From contig OZ024742.1 of assembly GCA_964016885.1 (NCBI GenBank), forward strand, positions 240,250,001 through 240,314,000: a stretch of 64,000 nucleotides of DNA, in the 5' to 3' direction. Shown here piece after piece: positions 15,089 through 28,857 of the stretch; position 1 is the first letter of the stretch, and each line of letters starts with the position of its first letter. This DNA is from Eledone cirrhosa. Its lineage: Eukaryota. The translations under genes were made by a program, and so were the position numbers. Below the pieces are notes generated by a model. It worked only from the letters and a program-made list of their open reading frames with translations. It had not been told where the DNA came from and searched no databases.

Positions 15089-15430
15089 ACGTGGGAAAGT
15101 AAAAATCGGAGAATAGACCGTTAAAACATGTTTATTTAAAATATCACCTACGTACGTTTCGCCCAGTTGGGCTTCTTCTGAGAAGCCCAACTGGGCGAAA
15201 CGTACGTAGGTGATATTTTAAATAAACATGTTTTAACGGTCTATTCTCAGATTTTTACTTTACCACGTGCTTACGCTCTGCTAACTCTCTAGCCCACTAA
15301 ATATTAACACTTCGAATATTTAATACTGCCGGCACTAGTATCGAGCACCTTTGGCATACGCTACTTGGCAAATAACTATATGTATCACCTATCCCCCCTT
15401 TTTTTCTCTTTCTCGATACGTAAATACTAT
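15089..15430 (+). mobile_element. Hairpin-plus-tail module in (TA)n containing the 3' part of a hammerhead
   Basis: 88-bp arms (15089-15176 / 15181-15268, about 2 mismatches); each arm reads GAA-gcccaactgggc-GAAA-CGTACG-TA-ggtga; ~160 nt tail on the right. Confidence 0.8.
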
Positions 15431-15454
15431 ATAAATATATATATATATATAAAT

Positions 15455-15510
<56 letters not shown>

Positions 15511-16208
15511 TAAGACGACAGCTGTATAACAAAGTGCAAGGCAATAAAGATAGACGGTAGCCACGGAGTAGGCAGACCCAGAAAAACATGGGACGAGCTG
15601 ATAAATTCCGACCTCACACGCTTACACCTCTCCAAGACAACGTCACTGGACCGAGACCTTTGGCGGTACTCAGTAATAGAGAAGACCCGCCTTACCTAAA
15701 TACAAAGTAAAAACCTACTACAGTCAGTAGGCATCTCTATCAAAACACACCCCCGTCCCACCACCTCCACCCCATCCACACCGCCCCTTTCAATGTAAAG
15801 TTATGTTGGTCCCACAACATACAGGTCGAAATAAATGAGATCGTGTAGGTGTCATGACAAAAAAAAACACACAGTCCACGCTGTAAATGTGGCCGTGTAG
15901 GCAACACGGTAAAAACCTCCCAGCCCCACACTGTAAATGTGGTTGGTGTTAGGAAGGGCATCCAGCTGTAGAAAACCCGCCAGACACTCCACGCTGTAAT
16001 GTGGCCGTGTAGGCAACACGGTAAAAACCTCCCAGCCCCACACTGTAAATGTGGTTGGTGTTAGGAAGGGCATCCAACTGTAGAAAACCCGCCAGACAGT
16101 CCTATGCGAGCAAGACAACCACTCTTGCCTCAAGTGGGAAAACCCCCGTCCAAACCCATGCAAGCGTGGAACACGGACGCTAAACCTGATGATGATGATG
16201 ATGATGAT
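15511..16208 (+). mobile_element. RTE 3' fragment with a duplicated ~112 bp 3' UTR unit
   Basis: KDDSCITKCKAIKIDGSHGVGRPRKTWDELINSD; (GAT)n tail. Confidence 0.9.
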
Positions 16209-17545
<1,337 letters not shown>

Positions 17546-17605
17546 GAAACAAAATGGCGTAGGATAGAAGAAAGGAAAGGCACAGAAACGAAGAAAGGAA
17601 TCCCC

Positions 17606-17650
17606 AGTCACTGAAGAGGTCACAGAGTGTGTGACGAAAGGACTATGACT
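17606..17650 (+). ncRNA. Type I hammerhead ribozyme inside a ~320 bp (TA)n-flanked element (17536-17858)
   Basis: AGTCA-CTGAAGA-g-GTCACA gagtg TGTGAC-GAAA-ggac-TA-TGACT; perfect stem I and stem II; CUA triplet. Confidence 0.82.
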
Positions 17651-17858
17651 ATATATATAAACAACTATCTGGTTGTGGAACCAACCAACCAACCAGAAAT
17701 TTATAAGTTTGTAAATTTATAAATATATAATAAATTGAAGTGAAAGCAACTGGTGCGTGTGTTTCTTATTGGCAACATGACCCTCCCAAAGTATAACAAT
17801 ATCGGTTTCAACACACGATTTCAGATAAAGAATCTTGCTAAACAAATTCAGAAACGAA

Positions 17859-17998
17859 ATATATATATATATATATTTATAAATATATAAATATATATAA
17901 ATATAAATATATATAAATATAAATATATATATATATAAATATAAATATATATAAATATATATATAAATATATATAAATATAAATATATATAAATATAT

Positions 17999-18033
<35 letters not shown>

Positions 18034-18136
18034 AATATATATAAATATATATATATATATATAAATATATATAAATATATATATATATATATAAATATAT
18101 ATAAATATATATATATATATATAAATATATATAAAT

Positions 18137-18231
<95 letters not shown>

Positions 18232-18234
18232 AAT

Positions 18235-18285
<51 letters not shown>

Positions 18286-18288
18286 AAT

Positions 18289-18319
<31 letters not shown>

Positions 18320-18338
18320 AATATATATATATATAAAT

Positions 18339-18369
<31 letters not shown>

Positions 18370-18372
18370 AAT

Positions 18373-18421
<49 letters not shown>

Positions 18422-18440
18422 AATATATATATATATAAAT

Positions 18441-18529
<89 letters not shown>

Positions 18530-18543
18530 AATATATATATATA

Positions 18544-18601
<58 letters not shown>

Positions 18602-18664
18602 AATATATATATATATAAATATATATAAATATATATAAATATATATAAATATATATATATATAT
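17859..18664. repeat. (TA)n/TAAA array
   Basis: Read directly. Confidence 0.95.
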
Positions 18665-19953
18665 AACTACTAGACAGCTCACATGTGGACGTGATATATC
18701 TTGACTTTGCGAAGGCCTTTGACAAGGTCGACCACGGAATGATATGTCACAAACTACACGGACTCAGCATAACTGGAAAAGTAGGTGAGTGGCTGCATGG
18801 CTTCCTAAGGGACAGAAGCCAGGCAGTCGCAGCAAATGGGGCCCTCTCGAGGGAAACACCGATAACAAGTGGGGTGCCCCAGGGGACAGTCCTGGGACCA
18901 CTACTGTTTCTGGTGGCTCTGTCGGACATACCCTCTGTGGTGCATGCAACAACATCCCTCACTAGCTATGCTGATGACACTAAGGTAACACAGGCAATCA
19001 AAAACCCGGCTGACGCTGCCCTTTTACAGCAGGATCTGGATGCCATATACAGATGGGCGGAAGAAAACAACATGCAGTTTAATGCTGGCAAATTCCAAGC
19101 CCTACAATACAAACCTGCAAACACAAATATAGTGGAACACAGCTACACAGGACCAGGAGGGACCGATATCCCCGTGTCAAAATCGATACGAGACCTGGGC
19201 ATAGACATGAGCGATGATGCATCTTTTTCTTCACACATCATGAAGGTGGCGACAACATGTAGACGATTCGCTGGCTGGATCTTGAGGACTTTCCTTACAA
19301 GAGATCGAGACACCATGTTGACACTGTGGAGGACTTTTGTCCTAAGCCGCCTGGACTACTGCTCCCAGCTGTGGCCACCCCATAGTGTCAAACTAACCAC
19401 GGAGCTTGAGGCAATCCAGCGAAGCTACACCAAGAGGATTGCCAAGATGAGGGAGACAAGCTACTGGGAGAGGCTGAAGGAACTGAACCTCTACTCCTTG
19501 GAGCGAAGACGGGAGAGATACGCAGTGATCTACATATGGAAAATCCTGGAGGGACTAGCACCAAACTTTGGCATTGGGAGCTGGACCAACCGTCGAACAG
19601 GACGTCACTGTGTGGTGCCAAAGGTCCCGTCTTCCACATCTAGAATAAGGAGCAGGTATTGCAATAGCCTGGGATTCAAGGGCCCTCAACTCTTCAACAG
19701 GCTGCCGAGGCATCTGAGAGACTTGCATGACGTGGAGGTGGATGTCTTTAAGAAACATCTCGACACCTTGTTATCCAGGATCCCGGATGAGCCCACAGCA
19801 AGACACGAGGGAAACCTAAGGCCAGCAGCAACAAACGCCCTCCTACACCAGTGGCCAACCTATACAGGCTGGAGATAAAATGTGTAGCAACAAGGGCGGT
19901 GCCCCAGCATGGCCTCAGCCGGATGGCTGAAACAGGTAAAAGAGTAAAAGAGT
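18665..19953 (+). mobile_element. 5'-truncated CR1/L2-group LINE (open RT frame 18685-19878)
   Basis: [56 protein letters not shown]; tail ggctgaaacaggtaaaagagtaaaagag. Confidence 0.9.
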
Positions 19954-19970
19954 ATATATATATATATATA

Positions 19971-20068
19971 TAGAGGTTATATTTATAAATAAATATTGAC
20001 ATACCCTTAAAAAATGCAACCATTCTGGTTGGAATCTCCTGGGAGATTTCAACCAGAATGGTTGCATT
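19971..20068 (-). mobile_element. Mini hairpin-plus-tail module in (TA)n
   Basis: 27-bp arms 20013-20039 / 20042-20068 (one mismatch); ~40 nt tail on the left. Confidence 0.7.
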
Positions 20069-20594
20069 ATATATATATATATATAATACCAGTTCCTTTT
20101 ATTTTATGAGGAACCAAAGTGTTTCTAGAAATCAACAGGCAGATGTGGTTAGATATTTAAAGGCGAATTGGCAGAGTTGTTTCAGTCGTCGGTTGCATTA
20201 AAAATGCTTTGAAGTATTCTCTCCAATTCACTGTGCTCTTGCCAAAGGCCAGCACTTACCCTTTCATCGATAAATAAACTACCAGTTCAATACTGGGATC
20301 TATTCTACCCACAATCTCTATCCAGGTTGTAACACGGCCGAAGAATCGGCCGTGTTACAACCTGGAGAGGGATGGGTTCCGCTAGGTTTTAAGACATGTT
20401 GTGTCAGGACAACACCCTTACGCATTCATCAAGAGTTAAAGGTTGTTCATCTTTAACCTTGTATTCATATTATTAAGAAACTTCCAATTTTAAATGTAGT
20501 TCTGTAATACTGATTTTGGTTCTACATTAATAAGGTTCCTTAATCACAATGATAGCATATAGGTGCTTCTTAGTTGTATGTCGACAGGAATGAT

Positions 20595-20855
20595 ATGGAC
20601 CTGCGTCGATTTCGAAGATGATAGTTACAGTTGTTTGATCACCAGAACAACCTGCTCCCGAAATAGATCTGTAAGTAACTGAATATTCCACAAACATATA
20701 ATGTAATTCTCAGGGAGATTCAGCATGAAAATGAATGGCAAAGTTGGCCCTTTGAATGAATTACAGGTAGAGTTCATCCGACGGGCTTCCAAATAGTTTC
20801 CGATTACCAAATAGTTTCCGATTATCACATAGTTTGGGCCAACCCGAGACCATAG
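20595..20855 (-). mobile_element. SINE 3' portion (same family as ~42630-42970 and ~58300-58720)
   Basis: Shared tacctgtaattca(ttc)aaagg..ctgaatctccctgagaattacatt..gatcaaacaactg. Confidence 0.7.
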
Positions 20856-20872
20856 TTAAAACATAAAAAAAA

Positions 20873-21123
20873 ATAACAGACTAAATATGAATATATTTGT
20901 ATAGTCTTCTTATTCGTTATATAAATTGTATTGGTACTTTGTTACAATAAATATAAATAAATAAAACGAAGTAAAATGCAAGTCAATATTCATCACAGAT
21001 AATGATTTTGTAATAAAGTTTCTTCCGAAAAGCAATGAGAAGGGGGTTCTCGAAGTAGTCCAAATATATTTATATAACGAATAAGAAGACTATGTAAATA
21101 TATAAATATTTAGCCTGTTGTTA
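20873..21123. mobile_element. MITE-like foldback (~65 bp imperfect terminal inverted repeats)
   Basis: atagtcttcttattcgttatataaat is matched by atttatataacgaataagaagactat. Confidence 0.6.
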
Positions 21124-22384
21124 TATATATACAGAACCTTGGGAGTGAATATAAGATTAGGGGTCTTTGGGTGTGAATTTACTAGTTTGCATTTATAACA
21201 AAACAAAGTTACTGGAACTTGAAGACTGACAGCGTAATTCACCTAGCAGAATATCTGGATGGGTTCGATGATCACTAATAATGTGTTGTTCACGAACGAC
21301 CCATTGTAAATGAAAGGGTCATTTAAATGAATGAATTATTAATTTGTTTGGGGATGAATACAAATTAAATTTTGTGACAAGAAGCCTATCAAACAAAAGG
21401 TTTGAGAAGCTTTCTGGCTTCTCAATGTGCATCAATTAAAATACAGTACTCAAAGGAAAATACCTGTCACAATGTACTAAAGCAACAACAATATTAATGG
21501 TTATATTATTATTGATTTCTTGCATAAGGTCCGGGCTACATTGACGCCTAGGATGGTGATGATGTTAATTTTTTTTTTATTCCATTGAGTGGAATCGATA
21601 TAATAAATATATACCACTATATATTAAAACTATACGGCAACTGCATCTATCCCCGATAAAACTTCTCTTCTAGCAAAAAGAAATTATATGAGCACCACAT
21701 CTTCTCATTAATCTTTATTTAAAAAAAAATAAAGACTTCATGTCTATAAGAAAGAATTGTTTTCGTCATTACTATGATTAATATATTCCGGGCGATTTAA
21801 TAATACTCACTGTCTTGAAGAAGATAAGAATTTACAACATTCCATTTATTCTTTCTCCTTATAAATTTCATGTCTTGCGTTTATGTTAGAAATACACTAT
21901 TATAGTACAGCAATTTAATAAGCCTGTTATTTTTATTGTTCTATTTAAGCTACCGACAAACTTTGGCTGTGACCATTGCAAGTTTAGTTGTGAGTACCTT
22001 AGTCACACGCAAAAGAACACTTGAATAGGTGTATATAATATGATCATATGTAATAAACAGTTTAATATATAACTAATTGTGTGATGAGAGATTGCATGGT
22101 GTTGCGCAGCAATAAATGTTGGAACCAGGACCTATTATTTATGAGGCTAACAATGCTGATACATAGGAGACCCGCAGGAACTTGGGGCCCATCAATTTTT
22201 GTTTGCTCTAGTGGGGTGAAAGATTGAAGTACCAGATAAGGGCCCAAAATACCAGAAAGCTTAGGGGAACGATCATAGGTTAGTATGGTCTTGGTTAGAT
22301 TTGGATTTGTTTATTAGTATTTATTTACTTCGACGGAAGAGAATAACACAGGCTGATAACGAAGATAGAGAAAAAACAAAAACA

Positions 22385-23859
22385 TACCTGAGGTACAGAA
22401 GAAAGCCTTTCCTTGGTACACGATTTTTTTCGTCGAACCAACATATGGAAAGTCTATTAAGTTTTTGCAAAATATAAGCTATAAACGCTGCAAGCCCTCT
22501 TTATTCTTTTTTACGGTTTCGTTGTTCTTTCTTTTTTTTAGTATTTCATACCGTCTATCAGAGATCTGACAGAGTACATGATACGCTGTTCCAATAATTT
22601 TAGTTTAAAAATTTGCACAAATATGCCTATAGTTTAGTAGTATTAAAAATAATTACACACAAACATCTGTTATTGGTTCATATAACTCAATACATCCACT
22701 CCTTTTTAATTCTTAATTTTCTGCTGTACTTAATGCATCATGCCATTATCGACTGTAAATGTAGCTATCTCGACTAACATAATATTTCCCTATTATAGGC
22801 GTCAATAAGCTATAATTCCCCTTCAACATCAAACATATCATAAATATAAACATAAATATATATTTATATCTATATAAATCGCTTACCTTTCGATTTTTTT
22901 TGTATTAATTCCTCTGTACAATTACTTCCACTAGAACAACAAAAATATAATTATATATATATTTTTTTAATTTCAGCTACGGTAATAAAGGGAGATAATT
23001 ATATGCGCGTAAGTGTTGGTGTTGGTAATGTGATCGGATAAGAGAATTCTTTCTGAATTGGAGGTAGTTTCAGCATGGATCCAAACCGTGGTGACGTTAA
23101 AAGCAAGCGTAAGTATTAAACAAAACTCTAAGCTAAGCCAGACCACTGCAAAATAACATTGTCCCTCACATACACCGCACTACTACTCTTTATACTTACA
23201 TTATTTCAATTGTTGTTTAATATTGTCGTGCATTTTCCCTACACTTTATCTTGCATAAAATGAATTATTTCGGTATTAGATTTGTAAGGGAGAGAGGGTG
23301 GGAGTACTTCGAAACATACCTTCTCCGTTAAAAAAAATATATATGTTATAATTGAATTTAAAATGTTTACATTTCCAAACTTTAACCATCATTACGCATT
23401 TCTAACCCAAGCTTTATATACACATATATGTATATATATATATATACTAATATATGCAATTTATATATTCAAGCTGACGTTTGACTGTATGGTTCTTTCG
23501 CGAATTGTTTAGAAAATAAATGTTGATTGGCACTTTCCTTTTTATTGAGGGTTAATTATTTCAGGTTATATACATCTGGACATTTTCTATAACATTTTAA
23601 ATATTTTCTTTGCTATTTTAATATTTCAAACACCCAAATGCTGCCTGCTAGTACTGTAGTAAGCACGAGTGTCTTTAGTATTATTGATCCATTTCCTATC
23701 TTCCTCACTACATACTATGTATATATTGAAAAAAAATCCTTGTATGTATGTTCAGTCTTGTTTGAAAACCACTTTATGGAAATATCTAGATGCAGTACTA
23801 AATGTTTAAACTGAATACAATGGCATAGTGCATAATGTTGCTAGGACAATTATATATAT

Positions 23860-23915
<56 letters not shown>

Positions 23916-24800
23916 GCACATATATATATATATATATACACATACACACATATATATGTATACACATACACACATATATATGTATACACATACACACACA
24001 TATATATATATACACATGCACACATATATATATATACACATGCACACATATATATATATACACATGCACACATATATATATATATACACATACACACATA
24101 TATATATACACATACACATATATATATACATACATACACATATATATATACATACATACACATATATATATATATACATACATACACACACATATATATA
24201 CATACATACACACACATATATATATATCTTGATAGATGTTATTGAGTCAAGTAAGATCATTATTCAACTCATTACTCCATACTTCAAAGGAAATAGAGTG
24301 TAGATATTATTATAAGATATATAGGCCCTACGGTCAAGTTCAAACCGTTTCTGTGGCAGTTTAAGCTTGGTCGTAGAGTCTATATATGTGTGTGCGTGTG
24401 TATAGAATTACTTCGCCGATGATTTCTAAATTGCCTAGGAAAGAATACATTTACTAAAATATATATTTAAAGATAAAAACAATTTCTACATTTTTCTATC
24501 GTTTCTAATGAACTTTCGCTTACCTTCTCCCGTATTAACGAGAGCTTTATTTTGTTTTAAATGTATATAGAATTGTCAAAATTACGTGTGGGTGTGTTGG
24601 CGTGTTGCAGACTATGAACAAATTAAATGGTTAAATAAATCTAAAACACACCTCAAATATTATTAGTATTGCTATTATTGTTCAAACCGACAATGAAATG
24701 AATGCCAGTAATATAACGAACAACGATATAGTTGACTACCCACCTTCCAAAACACACAAAAAAAAATTGTATAACCAATGGATTTTAAACGTAGGGTGTA
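22385..24800. promoter_or_regulatory. Candidate promoter / first-exon region, possibly bidirectional
   Basis: Mostly unique, transposon-poor DNA with relatively more CpG; + donor AGC|GTAAGT at 23109; - donors CAG|GTATGT (~22388) and AAG|GTAAGC (~22886, ~24523). Confidence 0.3.
23850..24227. repeat. Compound (TA)n/(CA)n/(TACA)n microsatellite
   Basis: Read directly. Confidence 0.95.
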
Positions 24801-26356
24801 TACGCAACAAGGGAGCAATTCGGGGTATATTTTAAGGAAATGTTAGAACTGCATAAATCTTTGAGGCAGGTGCCACCACCTATTGTTTGATGTTCTCTAA
24901 CATTTGTAATGGCTATTTTTAACATTTTATGGGTGTTTTAAATCTGTTAACTATCATTTGACACAAAATGTAAACTTACTGCATAAAATTAGGTTTAGAA
25001 CTGCACAAGCAGGGGTCACTGGCACGTTAAAATAATCACTGTATATTCGGATTGCTTAGCAATTTGAATATAAGAGGTAGGAGGCGGTTGCAAAACATGT
25101 TAAAAAGATTAAGAACCATTGGCCTAAAGAGAAGGCGACCAATTGGCAGAGTTTCAGATTAAAAATGACTGAGTATTTGTTCCGGCTCACTGCAAACAGA
25201 GTTCAAATCCTTTCAAGGTCGATAAAGAACCAGGCCAGTACTGGGGTTGATTCTTCTTCTATATCTCTTTCTGACTGCCTCTCTCTCTCCCTTTTTTTCT
25301 GGAAGGAATTGACTGTTCAGACCTGGAGAGGGATGGGCTCTGTAAGGTCTAAAATGCCCAAGGTGATGCCCCTATGACTCCATCAAGGGTTAAGGGTCTA
25401 TGGACATAAATATGGTCAAAGTGGGGGGAAAAAATAGTTGAAGGAAGAGCACTGTGAGTTTTCTACGCTCCATGTCCTTAGCAGTTTGGTTTGAACCACA
25501 CCACACAATTTTAAGCTTCAGAAGCAAATGAGCATCACATAAATTCAAAGAGATATCATCATCATCATCCATCCACTTTCAATGTTGGCATGGGTTGGAA
25601 GGGTTGTCACATTCCAAGACTAGACTGGCTGGACAGGGAACCACATCTTACTTATGCATTTCATTTTGGCATGGTTTCTTCACTGGAGACCCTTCCTAGT
25701 GGTAACCACATAACAGAGTGTACTGGGTGCATTTTATCATATACCCAGCACTACCACATTACAGCAGGGACTGAATGAATTTTATTATGGCACCAGCACT
25801 ATCATTTTACAAGAATAACTGAGTGCATAAAAGCATGCTTCCTAACTTATATAACAAATGATAGATATGATTCTATTGCCTTCCAATTCACAAGAAGAAA
25901 AAAAGCAAAAAAAAAGCATTCTTGTTTCTACGAAAGAAAGCATTATTTAGCAATTTTGATAATTTGATGATGATGATGTATCTATATTTGTTAATTGAGT
26001 TAGAAATTTGTACAGAAACATTTTTTGATGAAGTGCCACATCTGGGTTGTTTACTATGCTCCCACAGTAGCACACATATCAAAAAAAGGAAAGTTTTATA
26101 TACAGCTTCCTTTTTGGCAAATATCCACCCTATTTATACTGCCTGATGATTGAGTCAGTGAGAAAATCAAATTATTTAAGATTAACTCTAATCATCCTGT
26201 ATCACATGAAACTACATCACCTAGACATTCTTGAAAAGTACAAGACTGCTTCACATAAAGAAACAAAAATCAAAGTACCCTAATATTGCAAGTTTTCACA
26301 ATGAGGCACTATAAACAGTTGTATTAACAAACTTGTTTTAAAATATTTCCTCTTAG

Positions 26357-26561
26357 CTTTTTACCATTTACATTACTCTATATATACTATTGTATTTTTG
26401 TGTTAAATGCTTTACCTCACATATCAAATCTATGAGATTTCAATATTATTTATTTTGAGAACAATACTTTAACATCAGTATGACTGGTCAATTACAGCCA
26501 GTTTGAACAGAAAGAGGTGAGAGAATTCTGACCAGATACGGCCGGTTTAAATGCTAAAGGG
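26357..26561 (-). mobile_element. piggyBac-type MITE nested in a second MITE (~26189-26583)
   Basis: Ends taaatgctaaagGG-TTAA; reverse complement of the 36384 and 48275 copies; the host MITE resumes with atcattacagaatgttaa. Confidence 0.7.
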
Positions 26562-27499
26562 TTAAATCATTACAGAATGTTAAAAGAATGTAATATGTAC
26601 CATGTTTTCAGTGCATAAGGGTACTTTCTTTACCTCAAAATTCAATGTGAAAACTTGCTTGTGTCCTATATACTGAAGGTACAAATATGATAATAGAAAT
26701 CATATATATTTCTATATGTATACATCAGCAGTTTAAAAGTATAGCTGTATATTAGACCTTTTGTGACTGCATTTCTAATGAAATACACCCTTATTTCAGT
26801 TTATGAAGAATTTTAAAGGATTTACTAAAATTGTTCATTATTTCATTATAAAGATAGTAACTTAACATATGGTTTTTATATCAGACTATGTTGGAAGATT
26901 TAAATTTAAATAGGAACTTTTTAAAATAGGTGGTTTTAGTTCATAGAACCAAAGCTGGTTTTATCATACATTTTTACTTCAAAATAAGGACGCATTTTAT
27001 ATTCTGAAAAATATGGCAATTTTGATTATTATTTTTTTTATGTTTGTTAAATGGATTATAAAGATTTACAACTGACTCATTTAACCTTTTCATTGCCATA
27101 TTTCTAAGAATTTTCAATTAATTTTGAAAATAAGAATTTGGAGTGATTCAGTAATATAACTAAATTTATCATTATTAAGCAGGTGTTCGAAACATTAAAA
27201 TTTCTCATATAAAATATCTTTAATAAGGTCTTTAGATACAGCTCGGATTGGGTACATTTTATCATGGCACTAGCACTACCACTTTACAGCATGGATTGAG
27301 TGCATTTTATTGTGGCAGCAGCACTACTGCTTTACAGTGTGGGCCAGCTACAGTTTATTGTGGCACTAGCAGGGTGGACTGTGTGCATAGCATCATGGCA
27401 TTACCTCTATAGCATGGACTGAGTACATTTTATTGCGACATCAGCACTACCACTTTACAGGGTGAATTGGGTGCAGTATAGTATATTTTCAGTAATTCC

Positions 27500-28240
27500 T
27501 GTTGTTTGTTTTCTTCTTTGCCCACCTGTTCCTGGCAGGGTCGTGGGGGCAGAGTCATCAAGCACATCTTCCAGTAGGATCTGTCAGAAGCAACTGTTTC
27601 CAATTGATCCAGCTGGATCCGCACCTTGCTTGTGATCTACCCCTGGGTCTCCTGCCAGTTGGTTTTGCCTGCAAAATCTGTCCAGCGATTCTTTCCAAAG
27701 TCATTCTGACCATATGTCTGTAGTATCAGATAGTAATCTCGCAATTCAGAGAAGTAGTGTCTCTACCTGGAGTGACTCTCTGATCTCCGAGCTACATACA
27801 CTATCGGGTAACGTTACTCCAAAAACCCTTCAGAGGAACTACATTTCGGCTACTTCTATTCGTGATCATACTCTTTTGGTCATTACCCTAGATTCACGAA
27901 GGGTTGGCACAACTACCGAATTGAAGAGAGGAAATTTGCCTTTTACACCTACCTCCTTTCTTCAGATGACCGAATGCTGAAGCTGGCACATAACTGTACC
28001 AGCACCTGCAGTTCTTGCACTTATTTCAGCCTTCTGCCTTCCATCACTTGTGAAAACAGTCATGAGATACTTGAACTTCTCCACCTGCTTCAGTAGAACT
28101 CCCCACCATATGAGTGCACTGCACAGGCTTCCTTGAGAAGACGAGTGTCTCAACACTGATTTTCATTCTTGCCATGCAGCACTTGGCAGCAAACCGATCA
28201 AGTGCATATTGGCTATCACCTTTTGACGAGTTGTTTGTCA
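27500..28240 (-). mobile_element. Decayed RTE LINE fragment from an older, different subfamily
   Basis: QYALDRFAAKC..MKIS; LKQVEKFKYL..FTSDGRQKAEISAR; ILQAKPTGRRPRGR; related pieces at ~29245-29435 (-) and ~51350-51660 (+). Confidence 0.75.
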
Positions 28241-28516
28241 TTTAATTAATACTCGAGTGGTCACTCAACCTGTTATAAAATAGCAGCAAAATCTCCTATG
28301 AACAACCTTCTGTTATATTTTCAAAATAAACACATTGTGTAATGTAGTTCTTGGTGCACAATGTCTTAATTGGCAGAGTCATTAAAATGTTGGATTAAAT
28401 GTCTGCTGGTATTTGTTTTGGCTTTCTGCATGCTGAGTTCAAATCCTGCCATGGTTAGTTTTGCATTTTATCCTATTGGAGTTGATAAAGTATCAGTCTA
28501 GTGGAATTGTTAATTC

Positions 28517-28857
28517 TTAATATCCTGTTCCACATGGAACCAGATTAGCAAGACATTCTTGAAAAGTATAAAACAGCGCTTTGGCTGCATTATGTTAAAA
28601 ATTAGTCTTTACTTTAGTTTATTACAAATATTCACAACAATCTGTCCACTAGTAAAGATACTATAAAAATCTAAATTAACTAATCTGTCTTTAGATATTT
28701 TCTGCTAAATTACTACAGGATGTTAATAGTTAAAAATTAGTCTTTACCCAAATACTGCAAATTTTCACAACAATCTGTTCACTAGTAAAGATACCATAAA
28801 CATTTGAATTAACAAACTTGTTAGATATTTTCTGCAAAAATTATTACAGGATGTTAA
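28517..28857 (+). mobile_element. MITE family with ttaacatcctgta...tacaggatgttaa termini (partial tandem copy)
   Basis: Same internal sequence recurs at ~26189, ~43290, 55344-55752 and ~56790-56993. Confidence 0.7.
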
